Source: Haliotis rubra
Lineage: Eukaryota
Length of the DNA stretch: 64,000 nucleotides
NCBI RefSeq assembly: GCF_003918875.1
Contig: NW_025767368.1
Coordinates: 620,001-684,000 of the forward strand
Reading direction: 5' to 3'
This document shows positions 11,880 through 24,369 of the stretch, piece by piece. Below the pieces are notes generated by a model. The model was given only the letters and a program-made list of their open reading frames with translations, ran no database searches and was not told where the DNA came from. The translations under genes were made by a program, and so were the position numbers. Every line of letters begins with the position of its first letter. Within the stretch, counting starts at the first letter, position 1.

Positions 11880-14286
11880 TCATTGGGGTACAACTTGTGG
11901 ATACATGGACCGTTTGACATCTGTCAAACGTCTGCTTGCGATCGAGATGATACGGAACTCGTCTCCTTGCAACTGTGTTGGAACTGCTCCTAGACCGACA
12001 GGACTCGCATCTGCGATCACTTGTTTTTTCGCTTGCTTGTCTAAATATGCCACAGTCTCGGCACTTCGTAGTCTGTCCTTCAATTATTGAAAGGCCTCCT
12101 CCTGGTCAGGTCCCCATACAGATGGTTCATCTGGTTCGTGTCCATAGTGGTTCTGAAACTGTTGCAAGATTCTCGATGTATCTCGCCGTGAAGTTTACTG
12201 GTCCTAGAAAACTTCTCACTTCACTCGCATTTTCAGGTGCCTCCTGTACTGCTTTTGTCTTCGTCTCTGTAGGTCCTGCTCGTTGATCTGACAGTACATG
12301 TCTCTTGAACACAAGCTTCTTCATCTTGAATATACACTTGTCTGTATTCAGTGTCATCCCTCGGTCTCGTATTACATCCAATACTTGTCTCAGTCGTTTG
12401 TCATGTTCATCATCATTCTGTTGCTGCATGCACGATGATGTCGTCAAGTATGTTGTGTGCTCCGTCACAGTTCTGTAATAGTTGCTGTTAGACTTTTTGG
12501 TACATTTCAGGTGCACAGGATATGCCAAACATTAAACATTTGTAACGATACGGTCCCTTGTGAGAGATGACGTTGTAATGTTTCTTGCATCTTCTGACAA
12601 TTCTATTTGATGGTAGCCCACTTGATGTCAAGCTTGGTGAAGGTTTCACTCTGGTTGAAATCTTGTCGAACTTCGTCGATAGTTGGAATCGGGCGTCTGG
12701 CTCTTCTCACAAATTCGTTTGCCAATATCATGTCAACACACAGTCCAATGTCATTTTCACCTTTCGGCACGATGGCAACAGGTGATAACCAAGAACTTGA
12801 TCCTTCAAACTTTTTCATAATGTCCAACTCTTATAATTCATTCAGTTTCTTGCTTCATCTGTCACTGAATACGTCACAAAGGCTGTGCAACATGTTGAGC
12901 ATCTGCGTCACTGGAATGTTAAGTTGAAAGTTGTTCAGCTTGCCAAATCATTGAAAGCAATCTTTGTAATCTGTCTTGATCTTGTCTGTTGTGTCGGACG
13001 TGATGACAGCGTTCATATTTGGTCCCAACTTCAATGCACCTTGGTGTATAGCTGTCCCTCTTCCCAGCAAAGTTCCCCTTCCTTCCATCACTGTAAACTC
13101 GACTTGTTCTAAGTCCCTTCCACAATAAGTCACTGCACATGTAATGTTCCTGTCACTTGTAGAGATTTTGTAGGATAAATGTTTGGTTTCTTTCTTTGAT
13201 GAGTAGACTTTATCCCACTACCTTTCAACTGCTCCCATGTATTTCTGTCCGTGATATTACAAGCTGTACCTGAGTCAGTGAGCATCTTCAGTTTCACTCC
13301 ACCAGCAACTACAGTTATCTCCCTTCATAATCTTCTGAATCACTAGAAACACAGAATGATAAGTCTTTCTCACTTTCTTCTGTTACTGTGGTTATTTATT
13401 CTGTGATCATCTCTTGATATAGTTTTGCATCATCTCTCAAAAATCTCTCTCACCTTACGCTTTCTGCCTTTTCTTCCTCTTGCAGGGCAATTTGAGTCCT
13501 TCACATCCACAACAATAACATCTGATGTTCGGGTAACTCCTCTGTGCCTGATCTGTTTTAATTTCCCCTTGACTGATAATCTGTTAACTTCCGTATTCAA
13601 GCCTTTTTGTATTCTCAGATATCCTCGCCATATCTCTAACTTTCTTCAAGTTAAGCGCTGTCCCTTTTTCTAGAAACTTCCGCCAAAGTTCATTTGAGTG
13701 ACACTTCTCAATAACTTGATCCCTGATTTGCACATCCTATGAATTTCAATCTCCAAAATCACAAGATCCACTTTGTTGATGTAACCGTGTGACGATCTCA
13801 TATTACGAAACATATGTCTCTCATAAGGAATATTCGATTGAAGAGTGAAATACTGATTTAACCCTGTAACACACTTCTTGAAGCAATCATCTTGTCTGGT
13901 CACGTCTGGTAATGTGAAATACATGTCCTACACGCGCATACCTGCTTTGTGCAACAACAATGCTTCCATCTGTTCTAGTTTCTCAAGCCCTTTTCCAGTC
14001 GCGAAAAGTTTGAAGACACGCATCCATCGTTTCTGACGAGGCGCTAATCCACTCGCATCTGAGGTAAATGGCCAACATCCCCGATCGAAACAGCAGCCAT
14101 GACATTCTGTCCGAAGATGTCTGGTCGCCAAATGTAGCATTTGTCTTTAGATTTAACTAAATTTTTACAGATTGAACTTTATGTGATCGAACACACAACC
14201 ATGCTTCAGTAGTCACTCGGTTTATTTCCAGCATGCAACTCATACAGGAAGTAGTCGGTACTCGCCAGGGAGTAATCATTGCAACA
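11880..14286 (-). mobile_element. Decayed Ty3/Gypsy LTR retrotransposon: 5' LTR, PBS, gag, protease, RT, RNase H; integrase and 3' LTR missing
   Basis: RT fragment SSWLSPVAIVPK...LCVDM...PIPTIDE...FTKLD; EVRSFLG..NF; RNase H ADASPVGLGAV; gag-like NIPYERHMF. PBS TGGCGACCAG at 14121-14130 lies next to a candidate LTR 14133-14286 (TGT...ACA, AATAAA inside). Many frameshifts. Confidence 0.9.
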
Positions 14287-15110
14287 TTGTGTAGAACCGT
14301 TAATACTACAAGCCCTTTTTCAGACTATCAGAAAAAGAAGAACTGTCTCGTGTAATCAGTGTGAGGTCTGTAGATACCTACTTGTGGATACATTGGCTCT
14401 GTATCAGACTATCAGACCAAGAATAACTGGAGGACTCTGTCTTATATGTGATGAGGAGACGATGATATTGTGCAGCAGCACCAGTTATTGCAATGCAATG
14501 AACTGTTTAGACACAGAAATACCATGTATTGACGATTGTTCGATATTCTACCACTAGAGACATACATTAATCTGGAGAGAAGCTCTGATGACATCAGAGT
14601 TATCACTCTACGTGGTGGCATTAACCCCATCGTGGACAACATGGACATCCACATGTGGGCCCAATTCATTGACACTGTTGCCAGGAGCATTAGTTCGTGG
14701 AACCTACAGAGCTGGATCTACCTATGATTCATATTTCATCCAATCACCCCCAGTGTATTATACATACATATGCTTAACTTTCTTTCCCATTCTAATATGA
14801 TTGGTACATAATCATGTATTTTGTATTCATGTAATAATTCATTGTACTCTCCGGCATTATTGGAGGAAACAAACACAATTCATTATAGTAGCACACATCT
14901 TTTTCTTTCTTTATTTTATTTTATTTATTTATTTTTGACAGTATCGGTATTTATTACACAAATGTTACAGTAACATATTTAACATCAAAATATTGACTCA
15001 CATGAAACTCAAACAATGCATCCGCATACATTTCTGCAGAATTAGTGAAATGCATTTCTGTAAAACATCACATGTCTGGAGTAATGTTAACCCTTCATGA
15101 CATCAGTCAT

Positions 15111-15545
15111 ATGTTTCTGTAGTATCCCATGACATAATGTCTGCCTGATGTTTCTGTAGTATCCCATGACATAATGTCTGCCTGATGTTTCTGTAGTATC
15201 CCATGACATAATGTCTGCCTGATGTTTCTGTAGTATCCCATGACATAATGTCTGCCTGATGTTTCTGTAGTATCCCATGACATAATGTCTGCCTGATGTT
15301 TCTGTAGTATCCCATGACATAATGTCTGCCTGATGTTTCTGTAGTATCCCATGACATAATGTCTGCCTGATGTTTCTGTAGTATCCCATGACATAATGTC
15401 TGCCTGATGTTTCTGTAGTATCCCATGACATAATGTCTGCCTGATGTTTCTGTAGTATCCCATGACATAATGTCTGCCTGATGTTTCTGTAGTATCCCAT
15501 GACAATGTCTGCGTGATCTTTCTGTAGTATCCCATGACATAATGT
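15111..15545. repeat. 37-bp minisatellite, about 11-12 copies
   Basis: (atgtttctgtagtatcccatgacataatgtctgcctg)n; only about 2 copies at the homologous site 25686-25755. Confidence 0.97.
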
Positions 15546-15834
15546 TTGACTGATGTATATCCTGCCACCACTGTGACACTATTGTCAAACCTTACATCAT
15601 ATTATTAAAACTGATCTCTGCATTACCTGATATGACATCATCGAAACATTCCCATAGAATCTCATGACATTACTGAAATCTGTAGTGTCTCATGACATTG
15701 TTGTAACATATTACTGCATTATTTTATGAGATCGTTTATACACATATTACTGTAACTGTGAAATCGTTCAAACATATTACTGCAGTATTTTATGACATCG
15801 TTTACACATACTACTGTAGCATCTCATGACATTG

Positions 15835-16680
15835 TTTTTTTATATATTTTTAAAAAGAAACATCTTTATTCGCCAAATAAACTGTGACGTTATGTTGGTA
15901 TTTAGATGTTTCCAGTGTACACATGTGTGTAAATCTGTTCTGGTAATTAACACATTATTTCAATAATATACGCTGGTGTTGTGATGGTCAACTGTTTAGC
16001 AGATGCACCTAAAAAATTAATACATACTCCTAATCTGCGCATCTATTGCATTATATGTGTACTTTTCAAATTGCATTGATAAACATTTTGTGTGTGGGAA
16101 ATAAATAAATAATTAAACAGATAAATGAATAAAATAAAAACAAATAGTAATAATGTTAACGCATTAAAAAAGCAAAGTAAAAGAAAGATGAAAAAAGTAA
16201 TAATACAAAAGTATTATAAAATAAAAATAATTAGGAAAAGACATATCATTCGCTCTCTCATTCATACCCTTGCATTCTCTACCATAACATTAACTCATCA
16301 TTTACAAGTTTTACCTGCATTGCCCATATGCTTTCGAATTCATTAAACCTAGATTTATTTCAGTATCTGACTTATCTATAAGATAAGATTCTTTAATTCC
16401 TTCTTGAAGTGCGACAACATAGGAACTATCGTTTGCAGCTTACATAATATATATAAATATAATGTTTGGATAGTAGTAGTAATCAAGTCCCCAACTACCG
16501 TCTGTATGATATGTGGGTGAACACCCAAAAAGGATCAAATCACGTTGAATATATAGAATACCTGTGTGTACACAGTTCAACTCCACCCAATGTGAGAATT
16601 TTTGCCAAAAAGTCTTACTTGCTCTACAATTCCAGAACAGATGAACTATTGATTCAGGTTCTGACCCAAATATTAGCACA
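15835..16680 (-). mobile_element. L1/Tx1-type LINE 3' fragment (ORF2 C-terminus plus 3' UTR)
   Basis: ESIVHLFWNC...FWQKF..WV...LILFG resembles the C-terminal Cys/His region of L1/Tx1 ORF2. AATAAA and A-rich tail near 15835-15870 on -. Duplicated at about 26030-27070. Confidence 0.7.
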
Positions 16681-16856
16681 CACTTGTTCCGCTCAACGCG
16701 GATGGTGGTATTGTCGATCACGTGCACACATGACTAGAATAAAACCATGGATGTCTTCTCTGTAATGAGCAATGAGTCACCATTACCTTTGCTTGTGCAA
16801 TTCTGTGTGTGGAAGGTATAGAACAGACGTGTTGGAGAGTGTAGTTGTCATCGAGA

Positions 16857-19800
16857 ATGTCACCTAGAAACGATTCCGGCGGACGTCCACAAAACAGCAG
16901 CAGCGTAAATGTCACCACTTTGGGACCGGGAACAGATTATACACCGAAACCTCCAGAGGAAATGACAACAAGGTGTAGGGAAAGGTAAGAGTCAAGTTCT
17001 TAGGTATAGCATTCACATCAATATTGGGTAGTACCCAATGTGGAAACTTAAATGTTCTTAAACCCTTTTCAAGTATTACATGTTGAATTTATATCATTAA
17101 GTACCTATGCTACACATACTGATAAAGACCGCCTCCGTGGTGTAGTGGTTAGAGCGTCCGCGGGTTCGATCCCCGACCGCGTCATACCAAAAGGCGTTAA
17201 AATATGGTACTTGTTGGTCCCTGCCTGGCGCTCGGCATTAATGGGTACAACAAGGACTGGTCGGCTCGGAGTCAGTATAATGTGTCTGAGTGGGATATTC
17301 ATGCTTCACTGCGGCATGATATCACAGTGGGCTAGCATTATAAAACCAGCTTAAGCCTGGGCTAGTACAGGCAGCCGTACATACACATACACACGCATGC
17401 ACGTCGTCATATGAGCGAAATATTCTCAAGCACGACGTTAAACCCAATTTCACCTCACCCCACCTCACATACTGATAAAACAGCATCGTATTGCTATTTG
17501 TTAACTGGCCTAGGTGGGTAAGGTGTAATCTTGTTAGACGTCAAATTTAGTTTATTGCACATACATATTCATCTACACGATCGGGCTTGTGTGGCTGCTG
17601 GAACCTGTAATGCCCCTGTTTGAAATGAACATCATGTTGAGATACCATGCCGCAGTTTTACATGGATATTCTACACTGACAATAACGCTGACTGTGAGCA
17701 GAGGTGCTCCTTGAACACCAGGAAAGGCAACAACAAATATCAGAGTTTACTGCTTTTTACACTTTACTGCGTGACTTCAAGACACCCCTTTTCGCTCACT
17801 GACTCTGAGCACCTTGAATACCAGGCAAGGCAACGGCCGGGCTTCAAACCGCCCACTTTTCGCTCTCCGACAAACACTGTATCCAGTAAACCACGGAGGC
17901 TGTCCGGATAGTGCAGGATAAAGCTGTTATTACCAACGCATGATTTGCGTGTTTCACGGTGGGTGGGTGGGTGAGTATAGCTATATGGCGGCGGTCTGTA
18001 AACAATCGAGTCTGGACCAGACAATCTACTGATCAACTGCATAAGCATTGATCTACGCAAGTCGAATACGATGATATGTGTCAACCAAATAAGCGGGCCT
18101 GACGTCAAACATGGGTTACTGAAGATCAATTCTTACCCGGATTATAAACCCTCGGACACACTATATGATGTAAATAGTTTAGCTGAGGATATTTCTGTTA
18201 CAGATTCAGGAAAGGAAGTCTGACGACTGTCAATATAAAGAAGTGTGTAGTGGCAGCATGTCTGGTCTCCCTGATGTTCATAGTCATGTCGTTCCTGGTG
18301 GGTCTGGGTGTCCTGTTTGTGGAGATCCTCGACACCTTCCAGTCCTCAAGAGCCATGGCGTCCCTCCTCCAGTCTGTGTGCACAGGACTTGTGTTTGGAA
18401 CAGGTGGGTAATCATTCGAAGGATGTTGTCATTCCAATGATGTTAAATGTTACCAAAGACCACCTAATTCTTACCATACCCGTGATGGTATTGGCATTCA
18501 GTAACCCATGCTTGTCGTAAGAAGCGACTAACGGGATCGGGTGGTTAGGCTCGCTGGCTTGGTTGACACATGCCATCGGTTCCCAATTGCGCAGATTGAT
18601 GCTCATGCTGTTGATAACTGGATTGTCTGATCCAGACTCGATTATCTACAGCCAAGATGTTGGTGATGTAAAGATGTTTATAAGCTTATTTAAACAAAGA
18701 TTATCAGATAATTTAAAACAGTCCTGGTACTCTTCCCTGAGTAATTCTTCCAAATGCAACTATTATCAGTATTTTAAATCAGTGTTAAATGTTGAATGTT
18801 ATTTATCGTTTAACCTTTCTACACATTTAAGAGCTGTTTTAGCACAATTTAGGTGTAGTAATTTTAAAATAGCTGTAGAAACTGGGCGTTATAACAACAC
18901 TGATTATAATCAAAGATTTTGTATATCATGCAAATCTAAAGGTCTTACTTATATTGAAGATGAATTCCATGTACTGTTCATTTGTGAATCCTATTCACAC
19001 CTAAGAGAGAGGTTTTATTACAAAATGTGTTAAAAAGCCTTATACTGTATATTCCTTAGCATATCTTTTCAAGAATACTAATGTAGACACAGTAAAATCT
19101 GTTGCCTTGTATCTATTTTATGTTAAAAGGATTATTATAAACACACATGAAAGCACATCGTGCCCCTGACTACACTGAAATTTCCTTTGAATCTATTTTG
19201 GGCCTATGGCCTTTTACTGCAAATAAACTCTGTCTCTGTCTGACTCTGTCTGTTATCTACAGACCTCCGCCATATAGCTGGAATATTACTGAGTGCGGCG
19301 TAAAACTAAACTCACTCACTCACTGATGTAAAGACATGTTGGTAATGTTGTAAGGACACTTTGGCACTGTTGTAAAGACATTTTGGGACCACGGTAAAGA
19401 CATTATGGTAATGCTGTAAAAATATCGTAAAAGCCAAATAGAGTGGGTAAACAAAATATTGCCAAATATCGGGATGATTTTACAAATGGATTTACTTGCT
19501 TAGGAATGACTGTAGCATTGGATACGAAACATATGACGTCAAAACCTATGATGTCAAAGTCATAGAGGTAGGCTCACAGTGTAGTTAACAGTAACTCAGG
19601 ATATAATTTGCCAAATATTTTGGATTGGTTTGTTAATAAGAACGTATATACTTTCTGTAACATCACAAACCATAAGCAATGTTGATATTTTACCAAATAA
19701 GAAAGTAAAAACGAAATGGTTAGCTCTAACTGACGTGAAAATTTTCCAATTACCCTGAGTGTCATTCAACTGGTGATGTATTTACTCACTGATAATTAAA

Positions 19801-21999
19801 CGATTCTAGTTATATCTTCAAATGTAAAGATATGGAATAATAATAACATGATGTCAAAATGTCACTGTACTATTGGCCTCATGGCCACTCTACGAAATAA
19901 ATCTGTCTGTCTGTCTGTCTGTCTGGAATAATAATAAAAAAAATAATATAAATAATAAATTGTGAAGTAATCAAAAGTAGTGGACCAGTCACATTATGAA
20001 ATATGTTCAGAAACAATTTCACATTGCTGGAAAGCCACACTTTCAAAAATCAGAAATAACATAAAATATGATTCACTCAATCCTTCTTCCACTTAGGTAA
20101 TTATGATAATCACTGTTACAGGTATGTTTGCCACAATCGTCATCAAGAAAGTTGGAGAGGGACATGTGACCACTGTTGGTGGTCTGTTAGCGGGAATTGG
20201 GTGTGTGGGAAGCGCCTTCGCCCCCTCCCTGCCGGTACTCATTTTTACTGTCGGAGTAGTTACAGGTGAGATTTAGAGTATGTCAGCTATTCCAGGTTTT
20301 TGTGTTTTGTGTATTAAAAAGTCTTGACTAAGATTTCCTTCACAAGCTTCAAACAGTTTCCAGGTCGCATTTTTGTAAATATAATAACATCTGTTTTAAT
20401 CCATCCGCCACTCGGTAAACGTCAAAGACCGGCATCATTATTTATTTCGGGCTGACACTCTGGGATAAATTCGGAATACTGCCGCATTAAATCCAACTCA
20501 TTTTGCCTTCTGACCTTTTGCAGGATGTGGTCTGTGCACGTTTACTGTGGTCCCCTTCACAGTAACAGGACTGATGTTCAACAAAAGACGGAATCAGGTG
20601 TTCATTATTGTCAGTATTGGTCCCGGACTTGGAGGCCTCATCTCGCCATTCCTCAACACAGCTCTCATCGATGTGTTCGGCTGGAGGGGCGCCTTCCTCG
20701 TCCTGGCCGGCCTCATGTTCCAAGCGTGTCCCATTGGAATGCTTCTGACCGTGCTCTGCAAGGACATCCAGAGGGACAAGGAACTCAAGGCAAAAAGCAA
20801 CATAGTATACAATGACATAAGAGAAGATAGCATGGTTGTCACTAATTTACAAGAGCCATCTCAGATGGAGAACAGTTCCGTGGCATATGACAATGTGACT
20901 TTTGTAGATGAGTATGGAAAAGACAACAACAGAAGAGAAGAACACAATGGTGAAATATCGATTAGTTTACAGATGACCGATACTGAAGAATCCAAACAGG
21001 ACACCAATGTTTCTGAAATGAAAGACACAAAACAAAAGAAGGAGTCTTTCGTGGAAACCCTGAATTTAGGGTTATTTAAAGACTTTGCGTTTATTGTTTT
21101 AGGAATATGCCTATTTATTCTAATGAGTCTTCTGCCATCGATAAACTTTTTCTTTGTGGACATGACTATTTCTAAAGGATTTGATGCCCAAACTGGATCC
21201 TATCTTCTTTCCCTTATTGGACTGTCCAGCTTGGGAGGACGCTTTCTCTACCTCTTCGTGAGACCTGTGGTGAAGGTGTCCCAGGTGACTGTGTTTGCTA
21301 CTATGTGCATGGTGCTCGCAGGAAGTCTGTTGCCCCTAGTGTTGGCAAACACATACCCAAGCCTAGTCGCCGCTGTCGTGTGTTACGGCATCCCCTTTGG
21401 GTCGTGTTCAGTAGCCTACCCAACACTCATGTACGAAATAGCAGGACCCAAACGCTACGCATCAGCTGTGGGCTATTGTGAAACGATTTGCGGTTTGGGA
21501 GCATTCTTAGGAGGCCCTATTGCAGGTAATGCATGTAGGATTTTGCCAGCCTTTGATAAATGAAAGTGTAACACTGTAATTTAGTAAAGATTTGTCCTCT
21601 TCTTGAAATAGACATTCTCTAGTTTGACTGATATGAGCCAACTCTGCTGTCTATATTATTACATTTCACCACACAGTTTTGCTTTATCAGTCCTATGCTG
21701 AAGCAATTACAGGTTATTAATGTGCTAAAGCAGCATTAAGCATCAGCTTTGTAACTCACCATACATTCAATATTTTCAAATTCCCCAATCCTGAAGAATC
21801 TATATACTTTAACGCCTCAATATCTACAAAATGATTTTATTTACCAGGGACAGTGAAGGATATCACCAACTCATACGATGGAGTAGTGTTCAGTACTATG
21901 GCTGCCATGGCTGCTTGTGGCGTCGCTTTCTACACAGTCGCAGTCCGACAGAGATGTTCACAACACCTCAACAAGGAAACTGTCTCCACCCACCTGTGA
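16857..21999 (+). CDS. SLC16/monocarboxylate transporter-family MFS protein, copy B (541 aa, intact)
   Basis: Exons 16857-16984, 18204-18403, 20122-20265, 20524-21525, 21848-21999 total 1626 nt; phases 2,1,1,1 close in frame. Confidence 0.93.
17127..17465 (+). mobile_element. tRNA-derived V-domain/RUDI-like SINE (family B), specific to copy B
   Basis: Head gtggtgtagtggttagagcg...ggttcgatccc with an internal deletion, core tggtacttgttggtccctgcctggcgctcggcattaa, (cacct)n tail, TSD acatactgataaa. Empty site near 27505. Confidence 0.88.
18495..19324 (+). mobile_element. Family C SINE split by a LINE insertion
   Basis: Uninterrupted homolog at about 28608-28819. Confidence 0.85.
18652..19252 (+). 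mobile_element. 5'-truncated LINE (RTE-X-like ORF2 C-terminus)
   Basis: FRCSN..IAVETGRY...RFCISC...IEDEFHVLFICESY..LR Cys/His motif, AATAAA and (tctg)-type tail, 10-bp TSD ttatctacag (18642-18651, 19253-19262). The clade call is tentative. Confidence 0.85.
19847..19923 (+). mobile_element. About 77-bp LINE 3'-end insertion
   Basis: ggcctcatggcc, aataaa, (tctg)n; flanked by tggaataataataa. Absent in copy C. Confidence 0.7.
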
Positions 22000-22695
22000 C
22001 CAAATACTGTTGAACACAGTTCTCACACTTTGCCGTCCATGCTTAATTTATTTTCAATCTCCAGCCTCAAACAGGGCTGGAATACTAGAAACATTGGCGG
22101 AAAACCCAACTCACTCACTTGTAGTTGTCCCAGTTAAAAAACTGGCTATTATTCAGATTCGACTTTTAATAATTCCGTATGATTGTAATGCAATAGCTCA
22201 TATGTACCACCAAACGCACCAAAAAGATGGCTATATATTCCTGAAAAACAACACTTGGTTCACTGTATAGTGTTCGCATTCGTTATATGGTGGCTGACTG
22301 TATATAACATATATTAGTTTTGACAGTTGACTGTCTCCACCCACCTGTGATCAAATACTGTTGAACACAGTTCTCACACTTTGCCGTCCATGCTTAATTT
22401 GTTTCAATCTCCAACCTCAAACAGGGCTGGAATACTAGAAACATTGGCGGAAAACCCAACTCACTCACTTGTAGTTGTCCCAGTAAAAAAACTGGCTATT
22501 ATTCAGATTCAACATTTAATAATTCCGTATGATTTTAATGCAAATGCTCATATATACCACCAAACGCACCAAAAAGATGGCTATATATTCCTGAAAAACA
22601 ACACTTGGTTCACTGTATAGTGTTCGCATTCAATAAAACATTATTCTCGTTATATGGTGGCTGACTGTATATAACATAAATTAGTTTGGACAGTT
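21979..22695. repeat. About 350-bp local tandem duplication of the copy B stop codon and 3' UTR
   Basis: actgtctccacccacctgtga at 21979 and 22330; single copy in unit C. Confidence 0.92.
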
Positions 22696-22696
22696 G

Positions 22697-23215
22697 CCCT
22701 CAGGGAAGGAAACACTAACAAACAGCTGGCCATCGAGGGGTGACTACCTGAGCCATTTCATTGTATCTTACGACAAGCACAGGTTGGAGGGGACCTGTTG
22801 CAACCAAAGCCCCCCTTGGGGAAGGATCGACACGTATTGAGTGATTGCACGGTAAGGGACGAAACTCTTTCACGTTAGTCCATGTCAGTTGGGAGTTCCA
22901 CGAGGTCTGAAACACCATAGCACAGCACAACAACGTGGTTGTGATTTAGGAATAGTGTTGTGTGACATCACCTACATAGGACAGACGCCGGGGTCAATTT
23001 GCTTTGGGACCAATCCTGATACCCTTCGCACAAAGGACCGATATTCTTATTCCATCAGAAAACCATCAGAGTTGTTCCCAGGCAGCTACAAGTAACGGCA
23101 CATACCGCATTGAACATATGTGGGTAGGACTTGGTGGTGCCAAGGGAGCCGAGCCAAACCACCTGAACCAGTTTTACAGCTTGCATGGCTGCAGACCACA
23201 AGGGCTGCCTTGAGG
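22697..23215 (-). other. GC-richer block, possibly a retroelement 5' UTR remnant (duplicated at about 31786-32308)
   Basis: Contains gtgcttgtcgtaaga, shared with the family C SINE core. No credible ORF. Confidence 0.3.
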
Positions 23216-23820
23216 CACAGACATGATGATAGAAATCATTACTAGCTTTCACACAACATCCGTATCTGGTAATACACGGCCTACTGGTGTTTCATTCACT
23301 TCATGATTCCTCCTTTTTACCTCTTTGAACACTATTTCAATATTATTACTGCAGGAGAACGAGGAGGAAGCGTGTCATGAGCAAGTGCGTTGTAATTGTT
23401 GGGCAAGGATTTCGATAGGAGAGGATGCTGGCTTATTTATATACAGGAGACACATTTTAACAGCAAATTGTAATGATGCCATTGTTGTGAAGTACGGTTT
23501 TACAATTCAGCTTTACCACTATCTGCTTGCCTAAATAAAATGATAACAAAGGGAGTCTATATTGGAGGCTTGAGTTTAAGTTGACAGTGGCGGAAGAAGA
23601 CGTAATGGAGGACAGGTGGACATATGATTGGTAGTATAGACAGTGTGAGCAATGGGGGGCCTTAGCATTGTTCCATCTGGGTATTATATATGTAGAAAGT
23701 GATGAGAATACCGAGCGTACAGTAGTACATAGATAAGAAAAAGTTTCTGAAATAATCACACCACACGGATCTTCTTCTGTGGAGAAGATCCGTGTAGTGT
23801 GATTATTTCAGAAACTTCTT

Positions 23821-23822
<2 letters not shown>

Positions 23823-23890
<68 letters not shown>

Positions 23891-23908
23891 TGTGTGTGTG
23901 TGTGTGTG
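23823..23908. repeat. Compound microsatellite (TA)n(TGCG)n(TG)n
   Basis: Directly visible; homolog at about 32794-32864. Confidence 0.95.
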
Positions 23909-24090
23909 TAACCTGACAACGATCCCTGTAAGAGATATACGATGTTGGTCATTCGTGTTTTTCAACAAACCATCACTACCTGAGTTATAGGCTTAGAACT
24001 ATAGTTGTTCTAAATGTTCCTCTACCACTGTGTGTTAGGCGCCTTAATCATGCACTACATGAAATACTGGTCTAGTCCATGTAAAGTAAC

Positions 24091-24369
24091 TAGGGCTGCG
24101 CAACATAACCGGTTTACCGGTATTTACCGGTTCAGACATGAAAACGATACGTATTGCGATACGCTGATCGAAAACCGGTATTTTGAGCTGCATTCGGAAA
24201 ACTTCGCAACACTCGGAAATCTTCGGATATTTCCTTTTTTCATTTGTGCCAAATATTTTTTATTCACATTTTTATTTTATCATGATAAAATAAAAGTTGT
24301 TATTCAAGCATAATCAAGCATGGTGATTTTGTTGTGGTTTTGCTCTATAAATCAAGCATTAACTCGATT
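24091..24369. mobile_element. Left part of a hAT-like MITE, truncated at the duplication junction
   Basis: Matches 33063-33336, then switches abruptly to Gypsy sequence. Confidence 0.85.

Larger units (their letters stand above)
13700..24369. repeat. Tandem segmental duplication unit B
   Basis: Collinear and highly similar to 24370-33336 apart from indels. Confidence 0.92.

Noticed and set aside
14442-14870. Possible gene exon or CR1/L2 3' end (TFFP..., SSWNL)
   Set aside because: The frame is not preserved between units B and C, and the motif is too weak to call.
15111-15545. 37-bp repeats as a CRISPR array
   Set aside because: Units are contiguous with no unique spacers, there are no cas genes, and the context is eukaryotic.
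22840-22885. Hammerhead ribozyme suggested by GGACGAAAC
   Set aside because: No upstream CUGANGA core and no matching stem II.
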